A stretch of DNA of 64,000 nucleotides from Vicugna vicugna (taxonomy: Eukaryota), in NCBI GenBank assembly GCA_013265495.1, contig MU057416.1, positions 490,545 to 554,544 of the forward strand, given 5' to 3'. Position 1 is the first letter of the stretch; every line of letters begins with the position of its first letter. Both the position numbers and the translations under genes were made by a program. Below are positions 54,270 to 64,000 of the stretch, piece after piece. The notes beneath the pieces are model-generated. The model made no database searches. It had not been told where the DNA came from and worked only from the letters and a program-made list of their open reading frames with translations.

Positions 54270-54960
54270 GCTCTCTGTCCCACAGAGGATTACAGTTCAT
54301 CACCAAGCCTCCCCACGAGCGCGACGCCAGGCCCAGGTCATTTCACTGGTGAGTTCTACCAGCACTTAGAAGGGGAATAAAACGAGACGCACATGAACGC
54401 TTCCAGAAGCTGGAGAAGAAGGAAACTAAGAGCAGAGTCCTGACAGGGAAACACGAGAAACGTATTATAAGGAAAGAAAAGTACAGACTAATAGCCATTG
54501 AGAGCAGAGACTCTGCCAAAATCCTCCACCAAATATTAGCAAAATCAGTCCAGAAACAAACAAAAAAAGACCAAGTAGAATTTATCCAGGGATATTAGAT
54601 TTGCTCAGTATTTGAAAGTTGAATAAAATTCACCAAAGTAACAGAATGAAGTCGGAAAAAAATCATATAAATCAATGAGAAGATAATATTGATCAACAGA
54701 GTTCTTAAATGGACCCACTTGGTTGACAGAGGTTCCAACATACGCAGTGCTAAACGTCGCGTCCTTTTTAACAAACAATGCTGAAACAACTGAACGTTCA
54801 CATGGAAAGAAGTGGACTTTGCTACCTTACAACACACGAAGAATTAGTTTGAAATGGATCATAGATCTAACTTTAACAGTAAAAGCTATAAGGCTTCTGG
54901 AAGAAAACATAGAAGAAAATCTTCAATTCGGTGGCAGACAGAGATGTCTTTGATGTAAAA
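54270..54960 (+). mobile_element. Ancient L1 ORF2 fragments
   Basis: caggcccagg...ttcactggtgagttctacc, aaaatcctccaccaaatattagcaa, aaatggatcatagatctaa. Confidence 0.8.
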
Positions 54961-54987
54961 AAAGAAGAAACAAGCAGCAGTAACCAT

Positions 54988-55720
54988 TAGTGGTGTATCA
55001 AAGTTAGGGTGGTGGAAGCGACTGCCCCTGAATTTAGGGGTTACATTATTTGTAGAGAATTTAAAATAATAATAAAACTAGCTAAATTTAGTCTGCTTTT
55101 TATTATCACCAGATATTCACACTTCTAACCAATGTCTGTGATAAAATACTCCTCCTGGGGTTAGGGGGAATCCCTTTTCATGATCTGAGTTCTAAATAAC
55201 CACCATGATTACTCTGAGTTTTAATAATACCCATGTAAGCGTCATGTGAGCATTTCTAATTATGCATCTGTCAGCAAACAGCAGATTCTACATGGAAGTT
55301 AATGCCACACAGAGTCATGCAATTCCCAGTTATCTGCGCTCAGAATCAGCTACGCGTGTTCATTAGAGGAGTAGGTTTGTTCTGATTCAGAATCGTCCGA
55401 GCTTGCATCGGGCTGAGATCATACCCCCCGGCCCCTTCAATACTGTACATACTCCTGTGACTCAACAAGAGCTTTGAAATAAAAAATGAGAGCAAAGTGA
55501 GAGACCAAGAGATGAGCTGAGCTAATTCAATCTGTCACTTTACGTGAACATTTGGAATTTTACTTGTGTTAAGAATCTGAAACAGTGAAGCAGAATGTGA
55601 ATTTCCTGGTGTAATATATTTGCTTCTAAGTGGAAATTTTAGCTCATAAAGGAGATATTTTCTAAATTTGAACACTGTTGTTAAAATTAAATATTTCTTC
55701 TTTTAGTTGCTCATTATTTG
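54988..55720 (+). mobile_element. Arthur1-like hAT (Tip100) DNA transposon remnant
   Basis: Terminus tagtggtgtatcaa followed by tgtagagaatttaaaa...tctgctttttattatcacca...gtgataaaatactcctcc. Confidence 0.75.
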
Positions 55721-56429
55721 TATTAAAAGTAAATGACAAATCAGGAAAACAGAGATTGTAATGTTAATTTCTGTGACGAACCAATGGTGGATTAAGTTAT
55801 TTTCCTTTTGTAGAAAACCGACCTTCATAGATTTAAAAGTATTGTGGTATTATGCTTTCCTTTTCTGCACTGTAATATTTATTTTGTACTATATTTCTAA
55901 CTGATTGTGAGTATTGATATAGATTAGTAAATATGTGTATATTATCTATACTTTCAAATAAACACACTGGGAAGTGGTTCTATGCTAAGATAAGAGTATA
56001 CTAGGATAAATAAAACATAGTGTTTGCTTATAAGAGATAGAAGACAGTGTCTGCACTCTAAAGAAAAGAGCTGTGTTCTTTTCTCACCTTCCCTAAGCAG
56101 ATACATAGTAACTTCTTTAAATGATGCCTCTCTTGTGGTTTACATATGAATACACCATCTTACACTTAACCTCTTCCATTATCCAACGGAGCCTATGTTC
56201 AGAAATTAGTTATTATGAAAATGAACAATGAAGGGTTGGCAAAAAAGGCATAAACACCTAGGTTTGGAGACTAACATTTTAAAGGTACAGAACAATCATG
56301 TTGAATAGAAAATGCAACAGAACTGTCGCTCTTAATTCACTCCATCCATACACTTCATCTATCGGACAGGTGTCTGTCCACACTTACATGATCTTGGCGC
56401 AGTTCCTCACTCCAGCAGATGCTGTGGGA

Positions 56430-56782
56430 TCCAGCTGTGCAGACGGGGATCCTGACACCAAGGAGACCTGGAAACAAGAGGCAGGAAATAGACCCAGGTC
56501 ATCACAGCACCAGGGACACCAGGTAACCCTCCCGTCCCTTTCGACTGACAGCCCTGGGCATCGTCTGCTGGGCTGCTCGGAAAGTCTCCATTAAGACTGG
56601 GCACAGTTGGGCAGGTGCTGAATGACTCAGACGCCAACTCTGACAGCAGCCTCCTGAATGATCCCCATGCTCGCCCCCGTCTCTAGCATTTCGGTCTTGT
56701 TCCTCAAATCACGCCCCCAAATAAATTACCTGCACACAAGCTCTTGGCTCAGGCTCCACTCGTTTGGGAGACCCAGGCTAAA
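56430..56782 (+). mobile_element. LTR16-like (ERVL) LTR remnant
   Basis: 3' motif cccaaataaattacctgcac...ctcaggctc...gggagacccaggctaa. Confidence 0.7.
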
Positions 56783-56834
56783 TCATTTAGTAAAAATTTA
56801 TCTTATGTTTTTTTCTTGTTTTAGAGGCTCAGTA

Positions 56835-57992
56835 ATCTAACTGTCTACATTAAGAAACTAGACAAAGAAGAACAAGTTAAATCCAAAGTAAACAGAAGAA
56901 AACAGAGTAGAAATCAATAAAATTGAAGACTGGAAATCAATAAAGAGAATCAATGAAACCCAAAGCTGGTTCTTTGAAAAGATCAATAAAACCAATAAAC
57001 CTCTGACTGAGATAACTAAGAGAAGAGAGAGGTCACAAATGACTACTATCAGAAATGAAGGAGGGGACATCACTATGGATCCCAGGGCCTTTAAAAGGGT
57101 AAGAAAAAAATACTTGCAACAGCTCTGTGCCCACAAATTTGGTAAGATAGGTGAAATGGACCAGCTGCTTAAAAGAAGAATCTGCCAGAACTCCCACAAG
57201 AAGAAACAGACAGTGTGACGAGGTCTGTAGCTACTAAATAAATTGGATCAATAATCAATTACCTTACAAAGCAGAAAGTGCCAGGCCCAGATGGGTTTAC
57301 TGGTGAATTCCACCACACACTTGAGAAAGGAATTATACCAACTCTCTACAATCTCTTTCAGATGATAGAAACAGAGGGAATACTTCCCAACTCACCCTGT
57401 GAGGCCATAATTACCCGAATCCCAAAACTAGATGAAGACATGACAAAAGAAAACTGTAAACCCCAATCCTCAACAAAATATTGGCAAATCAGTGCATGAG
57501 AGTAATTATAAACCAAAACTAAGTGGAATTACTCCAGGTATGGGGACGGTTTCAACTTTCAAAAATCAATGAATATAATCCATTATATCAGCAGGCTGAA
57601 AAAGAAAAATCACAATGATCACATTAATATTAATAGATGCAGAAAAAGCATCTGACAGAATCCAACATTCATGCATAATAAAAACTTGCAGTAAACTAGG
57701 AGTAGAGGAAACTTCCTCAAGTGAATAAGAAATACCTCCAAAAAACCTACAGCTAATGTCATGCTTAGTGGTGAGAAACTTGAAGCTTTCCCACTAAGAT
57801 CAGGAAAGAGGCAAGGATGTGCCCTTCCCCACTCCTTTTTATTTGCACACTGGAAGACTTAACTAAGACAAAAAAAAAAAGAAATAAAAGTTATATAGAT
57901 TAAAAGAAAGAAAACTATATTTGCTCTCAGGTAACATGACCATCTATGTAGAAAATCCAAAGGAATGTACAAAGCAGCTCCTGGAACTACTA
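56835..57992 (+). mobile_element. L1 ORF2 fragment (post-EN into RT)
   Basis: PGPDGFTGEFHHT...IPTLYNLFQ, atagatgcagaaaaagcat, agatcaggaaagaggcaaggatg. Confidence 0.95.
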
Positions 57993-57994
57993 GT

Positions 57995-58150
57995 GTATTA
58001 TTATTATTATATATTATATAATTTCACTATATAACATACAATAATACATAAATATATATTATACCAATATTATATATAATTTAAACTATATAATACTATA
58101 TATTACATATAGTATTGTGCATACTATACTTAAATAAAGAATATATATTT
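57995..58150. repeat. AT-rich low-complexity tract
   Basis: Nearly pure A/T with TA and TTA runs. Confidence 0.9.
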
Positions 58151-58837
58151 ACTGAAAAAAAGAAACAGAAATCAATTTTTTTGTAAATATGGAGATGATC
58201 ATAGAATAAAGATCCCAAAGAAAGCAGTTATATGTGGGAACTGGAGTGATTAAGGCTCAGAAGAATAGGGGCAACTATTTTCACTATGAGCCTTTCAGCA
58301 TGATTTGACTCTTTTAAACTGAACGTATGTATTACTCTGATTAAACCAAAAATTCCTGAAGATTAAGTGGATTTAATTAGAATATAGTTCATAGTAATTA
58401 CATAAAAACATCCCTCATAACTCGACAGGCTGTCATATTATGTGGACATCTTAAAAATCACAAGTGACCCATTTAGTTCACTCCACATCATTCTCCTATA
58501 CAGTCTTTTTTAAAAAACCATCCATAATTCAGAGATGATATTTGTTATCACAATGAAAGATAACATAGCTGGTCTTAGATATACAATTATTTTACAATTT
58601 AGAACAAGATAAACTTTAACAAATGTAAGAATTAACATCTAAACTTAGTATGTTATATATCTCACTTTGTGGATAACAAATAATTCTGAGATAGGTTTTA
58701 TTAACTTTAAAAAGTAAATCTGCATTTTCACAAACTACATACTTAACCAGGATTTTATTACAGAAATGAGGTAATCCTTCTGGCTAGATATACTCTGGAT
58801 TTGGTCAGGTTAAAATTAATACATATAAAACCAGAGT

Positions 58838-58930
58838 GGGGAGGGTACAGCTCAGTGACAGAGTGCGTGCTTAACACGCACAAGGTCCTGGGTTTGACCC
58901 CCAGTATCTCCATTAAAAAATAGTTATAAA
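58838..58930 (+). mobile_element. Camelid tRNA-derived SINE with TSD
   Basis: ggggagggtacagctcagtg...ccccagtatctcc. 16-bp direct repeat aatacatRtaaaacca at 58818-58833 and 58931-58946. Confidence 0.9.
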
Positions 58931-60680
58931 AATACATGTAAAACCAAATAACCTAGAAAATTTTGTTTAATTCAATTTTTAAAAATTAATATTCATAAAT
59001 AATTAGTGAACAAAATTTCACTTGCTGTAACAGAAATTGAGTTTAGAGAATAATTTAAACACACCAAGATTGAAAATCTTAGTTTAAGGTCAGCTTGGTT
59101 GGCATTTGCCCATCTTATCCTGCACAGCTGAGCTTACAAAAATTCTTAATTCTATTAAAGTCATAGTAATTCATGACCACGCAGGGAAAGCCTTTTGGAA
59201 AATAAAAAGGTAATGGAGGAAATTATTGATATTTTCTGACAGCATGTATCGCCTACTATAGGGTAAAGGATAAAGCTTAGATTCTGTTCCTTTAGCAGCA
59301 AAAGTCCTGCCTAGAATATTCATCAGCAATATGAACAAAGCTTACTTTGTGAAAAAAGTAAATCCAAAGTCTATTTTTGTTTGTTTTACTTTGGTGGACT
59401 CCTCACTAGAGGATTCCTTCCTACAGCTTCAACATAACAAATTTCCGCGATTATTAAGGGTGAGCTGCCTTAGTCTTCCAGTTCCCCAAACTGAGGACCA
59501 TTATTGTGGTTAGTTTTAATGTTGGTTTATATGAGATTTTCTTTTTCCCTACACAAATTGAATTGCAGGATTTTATTTTAAGTCCAAATCAGGTGAACTG
59601 AGTCTAGCTGCACCTAATTCATGTTGCTAAATCTAATTAAATATTACCTAAGGACCCAACTAAATGACAAATCCGTTCTACAACGTCGAGAAACTGCTCT
59701 TTAAATAATCCCTCTGTGAAAAATTAACGTGAAAGCATTTGTCTATTACTGGAGACAGCTATTCACAGAAGACTTTCAGGGGAGGGGGCTTACAAACGAG
59801 GGGAGCGAAAAAGGCATAAATTAGGAGAGATAATTCTTCTATTTTTATTGTGAAACCGCAAGATACTGTCTCTCTCTCATGAATAGCAACAGTTTCAAGC
59901 TTGTAAATCATTTCGCGATCGCCCTCACAGCGGATGTACTTCCCCTTCCGTATCCATTGCTCAGATTAGCTCTCCTCTTTGAATCTGATTCCAACAGACA
60001 CATTGGGGTTGGCTGGTCCGTGTTCCATCCTCTCGTGTTAAGAGCCCTGTCATCCTGGGCCAGCGGCTTCGTGTCTGGTTCCAGGGTTGCCTTTCACAGA
60101 AGCAAGTCCTAACCTGCGGTGCAAACATCACCATTACGGGAGGGTGAGGACCAGCGACAGGGTGAGCGGGCTGTCCGCCGGGCTGTGCCCTCACTGGCCT
60201 GCCACCCCGTTTTAACGCCGTGCAGCCCGGGGTGCACACAGGGCAGCAGCCAGCTCGGCTCTCATGAGACTGGAAGCCGCATGAGCACGAGGTGAGGTCA
60301 CAAGAGCTCCTGTAAAACTTGCCGAAAGTCAAGCTCTGAGAACACAGACGTGGGACTGCAGATGTGAATCAACCCGTAGCTGTTTTCCGCGGTGCCGTGC
60401 CGGCTGCGACCGCCGAGTCTGCGTCCAGCGCGCGCGCAGCGCGTGTGAACACGGCCGCTCAGCGTGCAGGCCGGCGCTGCCGCTATGACGCGGGGGACGT
60501 GCATCTTGATTTTCTCAGCAGTTAACTGGGACTCCGAAATTGTCAAAAGTATTTCAGAGCAATGTTACAGGAGTCATTTGCCACTGGCAGGTTCCAAGTT
60601 AGCAACACGAGTGGTAGGGGAACCCCATGTAAGCCCAGAGTGTCACATTGTTGCCACTCGAATACGACAAGTGCAAATGG

Positions 60681-60730
60681 GTGTGTGTGTGTGTGTGAGA
60701 GTGAGAGAGAGAGAGAGACAGACAGACAGA
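60681..60730. repeat. (TG)n(GA)n(GACA)n compound microsatellite
   Basis: Direct reading. Confidence 0.95.
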
Positions 60731-63700
60731 AAACAGATGAAATGCACTTTGTACAAGTAAGCTCAGTGAAGTCATCAGATCATACGAAAACAGATTAAAA
60801 ACCAAACTCCATAATTCTCAAAACTGAAAACTGTGTTCGTAAGAACCAATTTTAATTTGGTTATCTATCCTTAGAAAGTCCCAATCATACCTTAAATTAA
60901 TTCAGGATTTTATATACTTTGAAGATATTTTGACTTATATACTCAATCTTATTTTTTTCTTTTCAGAGGTATAGAGTACGTACAAATAACTTACAAAACA
61001 CATATAAGGTATGAACAATGTGTCTCAATAACAGAGAAATCGAGATAATTCATTATTTTATTATGAATATATAAAAACATTCCAGAAGTAAAAGTTAGCT
61101 TTATAAATCTGTTAACTAAATTATTAATAATCCCAGGCTAGAAACACATCTACCATTAAGAAAAAAAATAAACCTTTGATTTTTGCCTAGAAAGGTTAGT
61201 ACTCATTGAAAAAGTAGGTCAGTGAAATAACTGAATTACTGAAAATAATCGAAACTGACAGGTGGACTACCAGAGTCTACAGGCTGAGATGTTTGGTTTG
61301 GATGTTTTTGTAGAGATGGCATTTCTTGGGAGATAGATGAAAATTAATAAGATAGTGCTTATTTATAGTATAAATTAAAATGTTTTATAAGACTAATGAC
61401 ATCGAAGATTTTTACTGGGCACTGTTTTTAAAAAGTTTAAGTAAATTTAATGATTCTAATTGTATATTCATTTCATATTTTTAAAAATCAGTAACCTCCC
61501 CAAATTCAGTTACATTAATGCAATTATTTGTAGATGCAAGTATAATTTGGGTGAGATATTTCATAACGCTTAACCTCAAAACGATGGTAAAATTTCAAAT
61601 ACGACATATTTTCAGGTTCATGCAGTGCGAGGAACCTAGCTGGTATAAAGAAAACAGGCCTAAGCAAGTGTCAACGTAATGTTTTAGCAAAGAAATCGTT
61701 TCAATGCAGATTTAATACTTCTGTATTGTCATACTTTACACATTTAGCAATGGAAAAAATGTATCAGGAGACAGAATACATAATGGACTTATTTCTGCAG
61801 GTCAAGTTTTAAATTCTGTGTTATTCTGAAATGACTTATGTTATTGGATGTGTCACTACGTTCTCTGGATTTCAAATTGATGGTGAATGTCTTTGCCCCC
61901 AGTTGAAGCGCCCACGTCAGATATGCTGTCTGGGGGAAAAAAAAAAAGCGCCTCCCTCTAACGTGCATTTTAAATCCGTTAGGAAGGGCACTCCCCCCCC
62001 CAACCCCCGGTAATCTGCAGAGAGCGCAGTGACGCAGGGCCTTCCAGCTCGATGCTAATAAGGCCACAGGGAAGAAAACAAGTTATTTCAAACATACTGT
62101 GCATAATACCCTGTGTCTTCCCTTAAAATAGGCTGAAGATTCCTCTATTGCTCATACTGCAAAAATTCAGAACACTTTCAAATAAAATCTATCTTTACCA
62201 CTTTTCTGTAGGAAATTATTACATGTTGCCCTTAACTGATCTATTTTTAGGAGCCAAAAGCAGCAGGGTATGTCAGAAAGGACTGCTTCATGAATTATGC
62301 ATCTGTCCTTTTTCCACTTGGCTACATTCCCTTTATTTTATGAATCCTTGAAATCCTGAGAATGGTAAGTTTTAGGTTGAAAATTTCAAAATTTTCTAGC
62401 CACATGCTGAGCTGCGCAGCTGCGTTTTCCTAGTGGTCACTTGCTCCGGGGAGAGACCTGCTCGGACCTGTTCTCCGTGAAGTGCCCCACGTAGGTTCAT
62501 TTCCTTGAGTGGAGGGCGCAGATCGCTTGAACTGCTTCTGCTCACAGCACAACATTACTAATTACGACCGTATCATTTTCACTTTCCTACGGCTGTCGTT
62601 GAGGGTTCATTCGAAGCGTGTGAGCTTCTCAAGGGTTCCATGATGTTATATGGATCCTGTTTTGTTACTGGCTCACTGCTTTCCCAGAAAACAACAACAA
62701 ATTACTGAAATCAAGTAAAAAGGGAAAGGAAACTGGCTGTACACAACCCACACTAATTAAATTCCGGCGCTACAAAATTATAAACCCCATAGGCACAATT
62801 CCTCTATAAAACTTTGTTCAAGTAACAAAAATGACTCTGCTAACGTCTGTGACTAATACTCCAGAAATGAGAGCCTTTTTTCCTGACCCTGAACTGAATA
62901 TTGAACATGGAAATATTGATCGGCTCCTCGTTCTCACAAGCACACTTGCTCAGATGTGAACGGGAGGGCTGTGTCACTGAAAGAAGCCCCCCCTCCGCCC
63001 CTGCATCCTTTTGTCTTTACCCATTTCCATCATCTCGGGCACCAAAGACCCCCTCTCACAGGTTTACAGTTGCTTGTCATGCATGACCTTCTGTATTTTG
63101 CCTTCTCCTTTCTTTGCCCCTGGAAAACCTCAAGAGGGAGGAAGAAAGGTCATACTTTCAAAGCCTTTCCCAAAGCCCGTTCATACTCACTGTCCTCACT
63201 GGAGCAGCTCAAAGAAGGTGAAACTCCTTTTCGATAGACAGTATTTTAACCTTAGAAGTCCACACTGAACTTCAATAATATATCAAATGGAATGTTAGCC
63301 TTTTATCCAGATTCCAAACAACAACAAAACGTTTGAAGAAGGTAGTGCAGATCTATTATAAACCATGTCACATGTGCTGTTATGAAGTGCGCATGGTGGT
63401 AAGCCGTTCTGCAACCATTGCTGCAGCGACTGGGAATTACTTTCATTGACAATTTACTCGAGAGTATTAGAGACATTATTACCTAAAATAAAAGTGCACT
63501 GTTTCAAACAAATAATTTTTTCTGGCAGAATGATTTTATCTTGTGAAAAGGTCATTTATTTACAACCAATAATTATTAAATACTTAATAAAATAATTTCT
63601 GGAAGTGCTGTCCAATAAAAGTAAAATTTGAACTCAATTTTCTTCTATTCAAAATGTTAAACCCTGTGTAATTTCTGGTGATGTTTAAATATAGCAAGGA

Positions 63701-64000
63701 TATATAAAACAAGTGCTAAGGGTGAGCAGAAGTCAACGGCATGAAAAGATGAACCAGAATGTGAAAAGAGGAAATTCACAAATCATGTACTGCCATAACT
63801 TAAAAAATTGTTGAAGAAAAGGGAGGTATTGCCTCCGTATACTTATCTTACCTTTAAACTAACACTTGTTGATTTTAGAGTATCTTCCAAGTATTTCTCT
63901 TTTCTAATCTATGTGTAGTTCTTTGCGAATGTATCAGACATTTCCTATCTTTAAAGTTAAGACAAAATTTCAAACCAGAACGGGCTATTTTTTCACACAT

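Noticed and set aside
61789..61929. Strong minus acceptor ttttttttttcccccag
   Set aside because: No credible donor before stop codons. It cannot be joined to the gene model.
63852..63910. Minus exon candidate IRKEKYLEDTLKSTSVSLK with AAG|gtaaga donor
   Set aside because: No polypyrimidine tract, and the sequence resembles an ancient L1ME 3' end.
1..64000. CRISPR array, prokaryotic operon or intact retrovirus
   Set aside because: No regularly spaced repeats, no long ORFs, no paired LTRs. The composition is typical mammalian non-coding DNA.

Overview
Mammalian nuclear DNA, most likely camelid (alpaca/camel), inferred from three copies of a tRNA-derived Vic-1-type SINE and artiodactyl-type L1 3' ends. 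The window is mostly intergenic/intronic and rich in interspersed repeats (L1, HAL1, L2, L3/CR1, MIR, MLT1, LTR16, an ERV1 solo LTR, Arthur1). The only coding signal I can support is the 3' end of a minus-strand spliced gene. It has three exons (39476-39335, 31456-31323, 25446-25357) that join in frame into 121 aa ending ...RVWYQLHFFADPVVPRAQVASKTLTPEEL*, with an AATAAA 90 nt past the stop. I cannot name the gene, and its 5' exons are not resolved. Notable items: a tailless retrocopy of the 5' half of tRNA-Lys(CTT) with a target-site duplication, a SINE whose substitutions are all A/T->G/C (GC-biased gene conversion signature), microsatellites arising repeatedly at one homologous L1 site, a twin-primed L1, a nested LTR-in-LTR insertion and several orphan CpG-rich patches. 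No prokaryotic-type system, CRISPR array or intact mobile element is present. Repeat family names come from recalled consensus motifs, not from a search, and most repeat boundaries are approximate.
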